Of a DNA stretch of 64,000 bases, positions 23,853 through 36,554 are shown piece after piece. Positions within the stretch are counted from its first letter, which is position 1. Every line of letters begins with the position of its first letter. The notes under the pieces were generated by a model that made no database searches, was not told the DNA's origin, and saw only the letters and a list, made by a program, of their open reading frames with translations. The stretch lies in contig JASTWF010000035.1 in NCBI GenBank assembly GCA_030390025.1, positions 2,604,001 through 2,668,000 of the forward strand, in the 5' to 3' direction. The stretch is from Squalus acanthias (taxonomy: Eukaryota). Made by a program: the position numbers and the translations under genes.

Positions 23853-25008
23853 ATGGGGGCTGCACTGATTGGGGGCGTCGTCCTGCTCCAGCTGAATCGG
23901 AGGATACAGAGACGCAGAGAGAGAGTGGCAATGATGGCCAGACGGAGGAGGGCCATCAGGCGCATGTACAGGAGAGCTTACCCTCCCAGGGTATATCGTG
24001 AACAGCTCTCCTACATCCATATGTCCGAGGAGCTGTGTTTGCGAAGGCTGCGATTCAGCAAGGAGGTGGTCACTGAGCTCTGCCACCTGCTGCAGCCAGA
24101 TCTGCAGCCTCAACTGAGGTCCAGGACGTCTCTGTCGGTGGCAGTGAAGGTCACAGTGGCTTTGAACTTCTACGCCACTGGCTCATTCCAAGCTGCTGTT
24201 GGGGACCTCGCCAATATCTCCCAGTTCGCGGTGCATTGCTGCATCCGGCAGGTCACCAATGCCCTCTTCAGAAGGAGACGAGAGTTCATCTCTTTCCCTA
24301 TGACCCCAGACAAGCAGCGTGACCGCGCTCTGGGCTTTGCGAGGGTAGCGGGCTTCCCCATGGTGCAGGGCGCCATTGACTGCACGCATGTGGCTTTGCG
24401 TGCTCCGCGTGAGAATGCAGAGGAATTCAGGAACAGAAAGGGGTTCCATTCCTTGAATGTTCAGTTGGTCTGTGACCACAGACAGCTGATACTCGCTGTC
24501 AATGCCCACTATCCTGGCAGCTGCCACGATGCTTTTATCCTGCGCCAGACTACTGTGGCAGAACTTTGAGGCACCGCATCAGCCAGTTGGTTGGCTTCTC
24601 GGGGACAAGGGGTATGCATTGAGCACCTGGCTGATGACACCGCTCCGTACGCCAAACACCCCTGCTGAGCTGCGGTACAATGAAAGCCATCAAGCAACCA
24701 GGAACATTATTGAGTGCACAATCGGCGTGCTGAAACAACGGTTCCGCTGTCTGGACCATTCCGGAGGAGCCCTGCAGTACTCGCCTGAGCAAGTATCGAA
24801 TTTCGTAGTCGTGTGCTGCATGTTGCATAACATGGCAATCCTCAGGACCCAGCCAATGCCACCAGGCCTTGGAGCACCACCAGAGGAGGAGGAAGAGGAG
24901 GAAGAGGACGAGGACGATGATCATCAGCAGCACCAAGGCGGGAGGGCGGCCCACAATGGTCAAACTGCAAGGGCCGTCCGTCAACGGCTAATAGCAAGCC
25001 GCTTCTAG
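23853..25008 (+). pseudogene. HARBI1-like DDE transposase with one frameshift (~24563-24569)
   Basis: RRLRFSK, FYATGSFQ, GAIDCTH, NRKGFHSLNVQ, PGSCHDA, then in the shifted frame [28 protein letters not shown] and an acidic tail. Confidence 0.92.
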
Positions 25009-25301
25009 GGCCCCTGCCATTGCTACCAACATTAATCAACCCAGCACGCAACCCCTAAGCCGGCCAAGGCACCAATAATTCCAACCACCAGCCATGTATA
25101 TTTTGAATACAGAAACTTATTTATTTTACAAACTCTGTGTGTGTCAATTCCTCATGACAAACTCATAGAAATAAACACAAAAAAAAGTCAATAACATTAC
25201 TGGTTCTCACAACCTGGAGATAATGTCCAAAACACTAAACAAAAGTTGGACCATGAACCTCGGTCTTTAATAAAAAAATGACCAGCATTTTGTCACACCT
25301 C

Positions 25302-27232
25302 CTACTTTTTGCCCTTCGAGGGTGATCTCCTTCCCTTGCGCACTTCCCCCCTTCTAACCCTACTGCTCCTCCGTAATGGGACCTCAGTGGCTGCAGCAAG
25401 GCTGGTGGAAGGCTGCTGCTCGTCAGACCCTGACACTGCAGATGCCCCTGAAGGACGGCCTCGACCACTTCTGGGCCTGGAGGGCCCGACTGCAGACTGC
25501 ACCAACTCTGCATGGGCGGCAGCAGTCTGTCCTACAGGCGGTGGCAAGTGCAGTGGAGAAGTGACAGTGTTGGCAGCAGGAATGCTGTCATCGTGAGAGA
25601 GGACAGCAACTCCCTGCTCGCCCGACACACTGGCACTCCCACGGGGCAGCACTTCAGCATCCGGAGCAATCTGCCGGAGAACAGATTGCTGGCCTGCTGC
25701 GGCGCGGTGACAGCCCCAGGGACATGTGCACGAACCATCGAGGTTGGCAGCAGTCTGTGCTCGCGTGGCCTCAATCTGAGTCTGTATGAGAGCAGTCAGA
25801 GATGGGATCACGGCAGCCAGTGACTGAATTGCAGCACTAAGCATTAGTGTGGCATCCGCCTGTGCTACAGCGAAGTGCTCCACACTCCTTGCCAGTGACT
25901 CAATGCATTTGGGCACCCTTCCCACTGCACCCATGAGCTCAGTGTGCATGCTCACCGCCTGGGTGTTCATTTCTGCGATCAGCCGCTCCTCCTCTGCGTC
26001 CATTGCAGTAGGAGTGTCTGGCATACTCTCCCTCTGGGGAGAAGGCCCCCGTTCTTCCCTACCCCCCCCATGGCGTTGCTGCAGCCCGCTGGGTCCTGGA
26101 GCTTCACCCTCATCAGCCCCTTCCCCCCTGCTCCCCTCCGGGGAAGGCGTGTTCCCAGTGTGGGCATGGGCTTCCTCGGGAGAGGGTGGCACTGATGCTC
26201 CGGCTTCCTCTTCCTCCTCGGCTGCAGCATCACTCCAAGTGGCAGCTTCAGGGCCCGTCTCCTCAGCTGGTGAATCACCATCTGAAAGCAGGGAGGTACA
26301 AGAGTGGCTTTAGCGTGAGGACAGGGTGGCAGTAAGGGAGGAATAAGTGCAGCGAGTTAGCAAGTTGGATTGAAAGTGTCAAAGGCTGGTGTTGTGAGGG
26401 ACAAGTGGAAGGACAGAGGACAAAAAGGTGATGACCTTACCATTGCTGTCCAGAACGGGGTCGGCGTCTCCATTGGCGACGGGACCGATCACCCGGCTTG
26501 CCACAATCCTGTGGACGCGCTCCTCCAGATCGCTGAGGGGTTGCAGCTGAGGCCGCCCTCCACCTGTCCGTTGCTGCTGTCTCCTATTATGAGCCAGCTT
26601 GGCCTGCAAGAAAAAGGACAGGATCTGAGTAAATATACAGCCATGGTCTTGCCTGATGTGCCTCCCATAGGTGAATAGCCCTTACTGTAAACAGCCATGG
26701 TGTTGCCTGATGTGCCTCCCATAGGTGAATAGCCCTGACTGTATGCAGCCATGGTCTTGCCTGATGTGCCTCCCATAGGTGAATAGCCCTTACTGTATGC
26801 AGCCATGGTCTTGCCTGATGTGCCTCCCATAGGTGAATAGCCCTTACTGTATGCAAAGTGTGGAATGTGTGTGTGTGTTTGATGAAAGGGCCATAGGTGT
26901 TGGATGAGTGTTGTGCATTGGGGTTTTAAGACCCTCTGGCCATAGAGTGAGGTTGAGATGGAGGGATGGAGAGGTATTGAGAAAAAGCCACTCACCCTGA
27001 TGACCCGAGTGAGGTCGTTGAACTTTTTGCGGCATTGAGTATGGGTCCTGGGCACCATGCTCCTGGAGGAGACGCTCTGAGCCACCTCCCTCCACACTCT
27101 TCTGAACTCGCGTGGCAAAGGCCTCCTGCCACTCTCAGGGAAGAGCATACATCGTCTGCGCTCCACTGCGCCAACCAGAGCATCCAAGGCCCGCTCGGTG
27201 AAGCGATGAGCGCATTCTCTCACCCTCTCCAT
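25302..27232 (-). CDS. Harbinger Myb/SANT-like DNA-binding protein, 3 exons (27232-26996, 26603-26441, 26281-25302), predicted 459 aa
   Basis: RFTERALDAL...VWREVA...RTHTQCRKKFNDL|AKLAHNRRQQQRTGGG trihelix motif. GT-AG sites GTGAGT, cttgcAG, GTAAGG and ctttcAG keep the frame through to the stop at 25302. Confidence 0.85.
26637..26855. repeat. 54-bp tandem repeat x4 in intron 1 of the Myb gene
   Basis: Unit gccatggtcttgcctgatgtgcctcccataggtgaatagcccttactgtatgca. Confidence 0.93.
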
Positions 27233-27598
27233 GCTTGGCAGCAAAATGGATTCACAGGTCTCTCCAGGCTGAGATTCAAGGCTGCAATGAGCAGGGTGTG
27301 GCTGGGGAGCAAGTGGCCCCCCCCCCCCCGCTTTAAGAAGTGGCCGGCGCCAGTGTGTCTGTGTTCCCTCGCTAACTGGCAGCAGCTGCGCTGCGCTCGC
27401 GCGCTGAGTTAGCGCCTCACTGCTCGGCCTTTGCGCCTTAAGACAGGTGTGCAGCGCCTGCTTTAGTGCTCCACTCACCTCCCGGGGCGGTAAAAGTGAA
27501 GTTTCCAGTCAGTGCCGATAATTAGCGCCAGGCGCTAATATTTGCGTCCAGACGATATTTGCGCCCCAATTGGGGCGCGACCTAATTTCTACCCCATA

Positions 27599-30500
27599 GA
27601 GTTATACAGCACAGAAAGAGGCCCTTTGGCCCATCGTGTCTGCGCCAGCCATCAAGCCCTGTCTATTCGAATCCCATTTTCCAGCACTTGGTCCGTAGCC
27701 TTGTATGCTATGGCGTTTCAAGTGCTCATCTAAATGCTTCTTGAATGTTGTGAGGGTTCCTGCCTCTACCACCCTTTCAGGCAGTGAGTTCCAGATTCCA
27801 ACCACCCTCTGGGTGAAAAAGTTTTTCCTCAAATCCCCTCTAAACCTCCTGCCCCTTACCTTGAAACTATGCCCCCTGGTTATTGACCCCTCTACTAAGG
27901 GGAAAAGTTCCTTTCTATCTACCCTATCTATGCCCCTCATAATTTTGTACACCTCAATCAGGTCCCCCCTCAGCCTTCTCTGCTCTAAGGAAAACAACTC
28001 CAGCCTGTCCAGTCTCTCTTCATAGCTGAAGCGCTGCAGCCCAGGTAACATCCTGGTGAATCTCCTCTGCACCCTCTCCAATGCAATCACATCCTTCCTA
28101 CACTGTGGCGACCAGAACTGCACACAGTATTCCAGCTGTGGCCTAACTAGCATTTTGTAGAGCTCCATCATAACCTCCCTGCTCTTATATTCTATGCCTC
28201 GGCTAATGAAGGCAAGTATCCCATATGCCTTTTTAACCACCTTATCTACCTGTCCTGCTGCCTTCAGGGATCTATGTACATGCACACCAAGGTCCCTCTG
28301 ATCCTCTGTCCTTCCTAGGGTCCTACCATTCATTGTGTATTCCCTTGCCTTGTTAGTCCTCCCAAAATGCATCACCTCACACTTTTCAGGGTTAAATTCC
28401 ATTTGCCACTGTTCTGCCCATCTGACCAACCCGTCTATATTGTCCTGAGGCCTGAGGCTTCCCTCCTCACTATTTACCACTCCACCAATTTTCGTGTCAT
28501 CTGCGAACTGACTGATCATACCTCCTACATTCATATCTAAATCATTAATGTACACTACAAACAGCAAAGGAGCCAGCACCGATCCCTGCGGTACACCACT
28601 AGACACAGGCTTCCAGTCACAAAAACAACCTTCGACCATCACCCTCTGCCTCCTGCCACTAAGCCAATTTTGGATCCAATGTGCCAAGTTGCCCTGGATC
28701 CCATGGGCTCTTACCTTCTTGACCAGTCTCCCATGCGGGACTTTGTCAAAAGCCTTACTGAAGTCCATATAGACCACATCAACTGCACTACCCTCATCCA
28801 CACACCTTGTCACCCCCTCGAAAAATTCAATCAGATTGGTCAGATATGATCTCCCCCTGACAAACCCATGCTGACTATCCCTGATTAATCCTTGCCTCTC
28901 CAAGTGGAGACTAATTCTGTCCCTCAGAATTTTTTCCCATAATTTCCCCACCACTGATGTTAGGCTCACTGGCCTATAATTCCCTGGTTTATCCCTACTA
29001 CCCTTCTTGAATAATGGTACTATGTTAGCTGTTCTCCAGTCCTCTGGCACCTCCCCTGTGGCCAGAGAGGTTCTGAAAATTTGTGTCAGAGCCCCTGCAA
29101 TCTCCTCCCTTGCCTCACACAGCAGCCTGGGATACATCTCGTCTGGGCCTGGGGATTTATTCACTTTTAAGCCCGCTAAAACTGCTAGTACCTCCTCCCT
29201 CTCAATACTAATTTGTTCAAGTATATCACAATCCCCCTGTCTGATTTCTATGCCTACATCGTCCTTCTCCACAGTGAACACAGATGCAAAATATTCATTT
29301 AAATCCTCACCTACATCTTCGGCTCTACACACAGATTGTCACTTTGGTCCCTAATGGGCCCTACTCTTTCCCTGGTTATCCTCTTGCCCTTAATATACTT
29401 ATAAAACACCTTGGGATTTTCCTTTATTTTGCCCGCCAGTGTTATTTCATGCCCCCTCTTCGCTCTCCTAATTTCTTTTTTAAGTACCCCCCTGCACTTT
29501 CTATACTCCTCCAGGGCTTCCACTGTTTTTAGTCCTTTGTATCTGCCAAAAGCCTCCCTTTTTTTCCTTATCCATTCTCGTATATCCCTTGACTTCCAGG
29601 GTTCCCTGGGCTTGTTGGTCCCACCCTTGACCTTTACGGGAACATGTTGCCGTTGTACTCTCTCTATTTCCTATCTGAAAGACTCCCACTGCTCTGATGT
29701 GGATTTTCCTACAAGTAGCTGATCCCAGTCCACTTTGGCCAGATCCGGCCTTATCATATTAAAATCAGCCTTCCCCCAATTTAGAACCTTTATTTCCGGT
29801 CCATCTTTGTCCTTTTCCATGACTACCTTAAATCTCACCGAATTATGGTCACTGTCACCAAAATGCTCTCCTACTAACACTTCTACCACTTGCCCGGCTA
29901 CATTCCCCAGAATTAGGTCCAGTACCGCCCCCTCTCTTGTAGGACTTTCTACATGCTGGCTCAAAAAGCTGTCCTGGATGCAGTTTATGAATTTTGCACC
30001 CTCTAAGCCTTTCACACTCTGACTATCCCAGTTAATATTGGGGAAGTTGAAATCCCCTACTGTTATTACCCTATTATTTCTACACTTCTCTGAGATTTGC
30101 CTACATATCTGTTCCTCTATCTCCCCCTGACTGTTTGGGGGCCTATGGTACACTCCCAGCAAAGTGCTTGCCCCCTTTTTGTTTTTAAGTTCTACCCATA
30201 TGGCCTCATTAGAGGAACCTGCTAAGATATCATCCCTCCTGACAGCAGTAATTGACTCCTTGATTAATATTGCGACACCCCCTCCTCTTTTACACCCCCC
30301 TCTTTCTCGCCTGAAGATTCTGTACCTCAGAATATTGAGCTGCCAGTCCTGCCCCTCCCTCAACCATGGCTCTGTGATAGCAACAATATCATACTCCCAT
30401 GTGTTCATCAACACCTTCAATTCATCTACCTTACTCACAAGACTCCTTGCATTAAAATAAATGCCATCCAGCCTTGCCATACTACCTTGTGCCGTTACAT

Positions 30501-32210
30501 ATTTGCTCTGCCTTTCAGGCTGACTTGTTTTTTCCTCTATAGTTGGCTGTATATCACCCCCTACTATAGCTCCACTCCGTATCCCATCCCCCTGCCAAGT
30601 TAGTTTAAACCACCCCCCAACAGTACTAGCAAATCTCCCCGCAAGGATGTTGGTACCGTTCCGGTTCAGGTGCAACCCGTCCGACTTGTACAGGTCCCAC
30701 CTTCCCCAGAAGCAGACCCAGTGATCCAGGAAACTAAAGCCCTCCCTCCTGCACCAACTCTTTAGCCACGCATTCATCTGCTCTATCCTCCTATTCCTAT
30801 ACTCACTAGCATGTGGCACCGGGAGTAATCCAGAGATTACAACCTTTGAGGTCCTGCTTTTTAATCTGCTACCTAGCTCCCTAAATTCTTGTTGCAGGAC
30901 CTCATCCCTCTTTCTACCCATGTCGTTGGTACCAATGTGAACCACGACCTCTGACTGTTCGCCCTCCCCCTTCAGAATGCCCTGCAGCCGTTCAGTGACG
31001 TCCTTGACCCTGGCACCAGGGAGGCAACATACCATCCTGGAGTCACGTCTGTGGCCACAGAAACGTCTATCTGTTCCCCTTACGATAGAATCCCCTATCA
31101 CTATTGCTCTCCCACTCTTTTTCCTCCCCTCCTGTGCAGCTGAGCCACTCGTAGTGCCACGGACTTGGCTCTTGCTGCATTCCCCTGAGAAACCATCTCC
31201 CCCATCAGTATCCAAAACGGAAAATCTGTCGGAGAGGGAGATGGACCATGGGGACTTCTGCACTACCTTCCTAGTTCTTTTACTCTGTCTGGTGGTCACC
31301 CATTCCCTGTCTGCCTGTGCACTCTTTACCTGCGGTGTGACCACCTTGTTAAACGTGCTATCCACGAAGATCTCAGCTTCACGGATGCTCCACAGTGAAT
31401 CCAGCCGCAGCTCCAGCTCCGAAACGCGGATTTCAAGTAGCTGCAGCTGGTGACACTTCCTGCACATGTGTTCGCCCTGGACACCTAAAGTGTCCCTGAC
31501 TTCCAACATTGCACAGGAGGAGCACTCCACTCTGCCAAGCTGCCCTGCCATGGCCTACCCTTAATTTACACCCTTTAAATTAAAGAACACTAGGGACCTT
31601 ACTTCCCTTTAAACACTACTTACTCTAAACTAGAGACCTTACTTTTACTTTAATGACTGGAATGTAGAACTACTGTAGAAATACTCACCGCTGGTTCTCT
31701 GTCCCCTCTTGTGCAGCTTTTTAGCTCCTGCTCTCCTGGAAGCTGACAAAGATGGTAAAAGAAAGGAACACCTCCCTCCCCAAACTCCCTCACTCACTCA
31801 CCAAACTCGCAGTTTAACACTCTGTTCCGATCTGCACTCCATGACAAACTGCACTCTTGCCTCCCTTATTTATACTGCTGAGATTTAAATAAGTGAGCTC
31901 TCTGGCAGTTGCAGATCCAGATTAGACCACTTAATTAATTAATTACTCTCACCTGCTCTCCAGCACAGAGCTTGATTCGCCCTGCCCAAGCCTGAAAGAA
32001 ACTTAAAACTTGAAACAGTAAATTTAAATGCTAATTGCAAGCACACAAGACTAGAATTTATAAAAATAAGAGATTAACCTTTAAGATTTACTCCCTCACT
32101 CACCAAACTCGCAGTTTAACACTCTGTTCCGATCTGCACTCCGTGACAAACTGCACTCTAGCCTCCCTTATTTATACTGCTGAGATTTAAATAAGTGAGC
32201 TCTCTGGCAG
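27599..32210 (-). mobile_element. Near-full-length CR1 LINE (family D): 5'UTR, ORF1 (Zn finger/coiled coil plus SGNH esterase), ORF2 (APE EN plus RT), 3' tail
   Basis: ATG at 31551. CxxC..CxxC, GDSIV/PGARV/GTND/DGLHL, EN motifs and RT ORF 27602..29332. Lesions: in-frame TAG at 29671-29673, a 1-bp deletion near 29320 and one extra base at the ORF1/ORF2 junction. Confidence 0.96.
31784..32210 (-). promoter_or_regulatory. Duplicated ~120-bp 5' module (302-bp spacing), each with TATAAATAA on the minus strand; putative CR1 promoter monomers
   Basis: Near-identical blocks at 31784-31908 and 32090-32210. ttatttata at 31866 and 32168. Confidence 0.5.
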
Positions 32211-33262
32211 GGTTTCAGAAGGAATGATTCGTTGAGCTCCTCCAAGCTGTAGAGTTCAGCTACTGTCCCATTGCGCCACCCTTTTGGGTGTCCCTTTTAT
32301 ATTCTGTTTTTGATCTTCATATCACCCTGAATATTTTTGAATCTCAGGCACCTCTCAAAGTTGTCATTCCTGGCCAAGCATATTGGAGAGTTGGAACTTG
32401 TAGTCTGCTTGCCTTCAAGGATGCCTGTCCAGTTTTTACTTTAGTTCATCTCATTGTTCTGCAATACCCCATCTTGACTCTGAATCCAGGGCTAATACTG
32501 CAGTAGCAGCTCATACATTGAAGAATTTTATTTAGAAATGATAAGAAAAGCTCGCTGATGTCTAAAGTGAGTCTTCAAAATTGGTTAAGGTCCTGGCTCT
32601 GGATGAACTCGTGTCTAGCAGGATTGAAGGATACTCAGCTATAACCTCGAACAGTTTGATCGGCAGTAAAGAACATAAAATCATTTGGATTGATTCAGGT
32701 TCACAGCATCAAATCAGATAACTGGATTGTTGTGAGACGAATCCTGGCTGAACACCCAGATGAGTAGATTTTGCAGTGGATTGCAGTCACGTACCTGCTA
32801 GTGTCAGAGCAGTAATGGCCGAGGATTGGGAGCAGGTCACCTTTGTTACTGGGTTTCAGGTAAAGACTTAAACTCATAGTTCATTGTACCCAGAGCCCGT
32901 GGTTACAGTTAGATATCATTTTTTCTGCTGTTGGCAGATTTTGTTCCAGGGCTGGAATGGTATTTGCTCCTTCAATGTTTCATCTTGTTCTCCACTCGAC
33001 ACACAAAGTTTATGTCTGTTATTGCTTTGGAAGCTGCTGAAACTGCTAAGGGTGCTTGCTCCCCTTTTACAGGCCTGGCTGCAGCGTATTTTCATGTTTG
33101 TGTCATTACCTCCTGTATGTGTTGGCCAGTCACGGCTCATGGTGAAGACCTGGGGGTTGGGGCTCTGATAATTCCATTTGATAGCTAAATGTCCAGGTTT
33201 GTCTATGATGCCAATCATCGCTGTTAGATTATTAAAACAACATTTAAATGGTTTCTCTATAG

Positions 33263-33339
33263 AATCGCTGTTACTATGAAGGGACAGTGAGAGGGTTCTC
33301 TGGATCCCAGGTTGCTGCAAGTATATGTTCAGGACTCAG
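33263..33339 (+). CDS. ADAM-family metalloprotease exon (prodomain; NRCYYEGTVRGFSGSQVAASICSGL-S)
   Basis: Acceptor tttctctatAG and donor AG|GTGAGG. 77 bp, phase 0 to 2. Translation matches the ADAM prodomain CYYxGxVxGxxxSxVxxSxCSGL motif. Confidence 0.92.
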
Positions 33340-34081
33340 GTGAGGACCTGTTCTTAAAACTTTTTATTTGTGTTCTTGAACATAGCATAAACAGAATAAT
33401 ACCTCTGAAGTATCAGCCTAGATTATGTGCTCAAGTCTCTGGAATGGGGCAATGGGACTTGAACCCATTACCTTAAACAATTACCTTTCCTTTGGGACCC
33501 AAGGCCACTTCCCAGTCCTTGGATCCCTGCTCCCCCAGGTGGGGCCTACTGGAGGGCAGTACGCCTTCTTTCACTGGGCATCCCACCTTCCACACTTACA
33601 CCGGCTCACTCTAAGGCCCTCCTGCTTTGTGTCACTGGCTTTATAAGGGATGTGCAGAGGTTCTGCTCCTTAAAATGCAGAGCAAAAGCTCTTGGAATAG
33701 GCCAGAACCTGCCATATACAGTCTTGGACTATTTCTGGACTTTTTTGCTGCACTCCCACTGGACAACATCTGCCACATTCATTTACTGCACCTTACTTTA
33801 ACTGCCACACTGTCTCCATTTATTGATACCTTAAAATGGCCTAGCACAAAACAACTCCAGAAATAATGTGCGTTACATTAATAAATACGCCTCTGCTTGC
33901 CACTCTGCTTTGCCCAGGGATCCTATAAGGTGTGTTTGGGGGCTTCAAATTACCCATTTGCACTCCCAGTAAGTGAGGTTTCTTGTTGGGAGCACAAAGC
34001 CAGAAATGGCTTCTTTGGAGTCATTCTTGTAAATGTCCAAGACTAGTCTAACCTTCATTCTTTCTCTTGTGTTGCTGTTAG

Positions 34082-34241
34082 CGCTCTAATTATTCTCACT
34101 AACCAAAGTTACGTTATTGAGCATCTTGAGGGAGATGGACACAGGTACCACCTGGTGTATAGACCTGAGAACTTCAAATCAAGAGAGATTAGGTGCAGAG
34201 GCAGACATCTAATCCCTGAACATACTCAGCACCCAATTCGG
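34082..34241 (+). CDS. ADAM-family metalloprotease exon (prodomain C-terminal half; ALIILTNQSYVIEHLEGDGHRYHLVYRPENFKSREIRCRGRHLIPEHTQHPIR)
   Basis: Polypyrimidine tract plus ttAG acceptor, donor G|GTAAGG. 160 bp, phase 2 to 0, in frame with the previous exon (AG+C=Ser). SYxIE and HxVYR motifs and a cysteine-switch-position Cys. Confidence 0.9.
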
Positions 34242-35327
34242 GTAAGGATTGTGTCATGTATTTAATTCAGGCAGACGGGTTGGTGCAGCCAGGTAGGTTG
34301 AAGGACCTGTGCAGTGGACAGATAGAACATATCTGTGAACTAGAATCATAGAATGATGCAGCATTCTAGAAGGAGGCCATTCGGCCCATCGCGCCTTTGA
34401 CAGAGCTATTCAGTTAGTCCCACTCCCCTGCTCTTTCCCCATAGCCCTGTAATTTTTTTCCAATGTGAACCTATGAACAGGAAAAGACAAGCTAGTCCAT
34501 CTAGGCAGTTGTGTTGCCTTATACATCAAGTCAGGGGACTCCCTACCGTCTAGGTGCCATGTCGTCTCCTGGGAGAGGGGTGCCAGTGACTTTTAGAAGT
34601 GTGATTGCAACGGATACAGAATTCAAATGATAACTCTAATCTCTTTCCTTTTTTGGCCCCAATTTCCTCCCCTTTTCTCTTCTGAATGCACTGACCTCAC
34701 ACGGTTCCACAGCCGTCACCCAAGCGCCCATTCACGTGTCAGCCCAGACAATCTTAACTCACAATCAGTGGGTGGGTTGAGATAGTATCAGATTTAAAAT
34801 GCAAAAATAATGAGGCTGCGTGCCTTCATTTTAACAGTCATTCTATTTTTAACCACAGGTGGCTGGGTTTCCCGGACCTCGGGAAACTCGGCAGCTGAAA
34901 GAAGGAGAGAAAAGCTGAATCCACGAGTGCCTTTACAGCACTGCTTGAGGGCCAGGAGGAGCAGGAGTGTTTCCTCCAGTAAACCCTGACCCCCCCCACC
35001 CCCCACCCCGCCATCTGTCTGCTCCCCCGCAAGACCACCATCGGACCCTTCACCCCCCCCCAACCCCGGACCACCATCTGCTCCCCCGGTCCACCATCTG
35101 ACCGCCCCACCCCACAATCGGGACCCCCCAGACCACCGCCTGCAATCGGGACCCCACACTCATGATCCCCCCACCACCCCTCACCATCCGCACTCTCTCA
35201 CTCCCCCGACTATAGCTACCTGCTCTCATAGGCTTCAGCCTTGTGAAGCAGGCTTCCTGCCCGAAAGACCTCCAACCACGTCAACCACGCAGGACATCAC
35301 ATGCAGGTCTGATCTAGCACTTACCTA

Positions 35328-35670
35328 TCATAGAATAGTACAGCACAGAAGGAGGCCATTCAGCCCATCGAGTCTGCGCTAGCTCTTTCAAAGAGCAATC
35401 CAGTGAGTCCCACTCCCCTGCTCTTTCCCCATATCCCTGCAATTATTTCTCCTTCAAATATTTATCCAATTCCCTTATGAAGGGTACTATTGAATCTGTA
35501 TCCACCTCCCCATCAGACAATGCATTCCAAATCCTGAGCACTTCTTGCGTAAAAAAGTTTTCCCTCATGTTCCCTCTGGTTTTTTGCCAATCACCTTAAA
35601 TCTGTGCCCTCTGATTATCGACCCTTCAGCCATTGGAAATAGTTTCTCTTTATTTACTCTATCTAAATCC
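35328..35670 (-). mobile_element. CR1 3' tail fragment
   Basis: catagaat tail, ggccattcagccc motif and RT C-terminal remnant. Confidence 0.75.
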
Positions 35671-35849
35671 TGCCTGACTCCATTGATCATCAATTTCTAG
35701 CAGGGGTCACTGGTCAGGAGCAGGAACCATGGCTGGAATTTTCTGGGGTCCGTGCAGGCGAGATTGGAGGCGGGTCGGGTGGGAAATTTGAAATATCTTG
35801 CAGTGGGTCAGGAACCTGCCGTCATCCCGCCCCCACACGCCTGTCCCTC

Positions 35850-36550
35850 TGTTAAGTCCCTTAAGAATTTTATATGTTTCAATTAGATCATCTCTCATTC
35901 TTCTAAACTCGGGAATATAGGCCCAGCCTACTCAATCTCTCGTCAAAGTGCAATCCCCTCATTCCAGGTACCAGTCCAGTGAACCTTCCAGGTACCAGTC
36001 CAGTGAACCGTTGCACTCCCTCTAAGGCAAGTATGTCTTTCCTTAGGTAACGAGACCAGAACTGTATACAGTACTCCAGGTGTGGCCTCACCAATGCCCT
36101 GTATAACTATAGTACATAGAATTACATTACATAGGATATACGGCACAGAAACAGACCACTCGGCCCAACCAGTCCATGCCGGCGTTAAGCTCCACTTGAG
36201 CTTCCTCCAGTCTTTCCTCATCTAAATCTATCAGCATAACCCTCTATTCTCTTCTCCCTCATGTTTGTCCAGCCTCCCCTTAAATGCATCTCTACTATTC
36301 GCTTCAACCACTCCCTGTGGTAGCGAATTCCACATTCTCACCACTCTTTGGGTAAAGAAGTTTCTTCTGAATTCCCTATTGGATTTCTTGGTGCCTGTGT
36401 TATATTGATGGCCTCTAGTTATGCTTTTCCCCACAAGTGGAAACATTCTCTCTCTATCCACTCTATCAAAACCTTTCATCATTTAGATCACCTCTCAGCC
36501 TTCTTTTTTCAAGAGAAAAGAGACCGAGCCTGTTCATCCTTTCCTGATAT
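35850..36550 (-). mobile_element. Two CR1 3' fragments
   Basis: VRPHLEYC..., RNFFTQRVVRMWNSLP and tail repeats. Confidence 0.8.
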
Positions 36551-36554
36551 CGTA

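Larger units (their letters stand above)
23344..27595 (+). mobile_element. Full-length two-gene PIF/Harbinger transposon (4252 bp)
   Basis: TIRs ggggtaaaaatt / aatttctacccc and TSD ATA (23341-23343, 27596-27598). Convergent transposase and Myb/SANT genes. Inserted in the tail microsatellite of the CR1 at 27599. Confidence 0.95.

Noticed and set aside
23853..25008. Host HARBI1 gene, or a programmed frameshift in the transposase
   Set aside because: Lies within TIRs and a TSD with its Myb partner. The break has no slippery motif and looks like a small indel.
32884..33188. ORFs upstream of the first ADAM exon (e.g. DFVPGLEWY) as a further prodomain exon
   Set aside because: No acceptor/donor pair of the expected phase, and the similarity is too weak.
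34790..35330. C-rich/GC-rich stretch with short ORFs
   Set aside because: Low complexity and probably an internal fragment of a non-autonomous element. No termini or coding signal could be defined.
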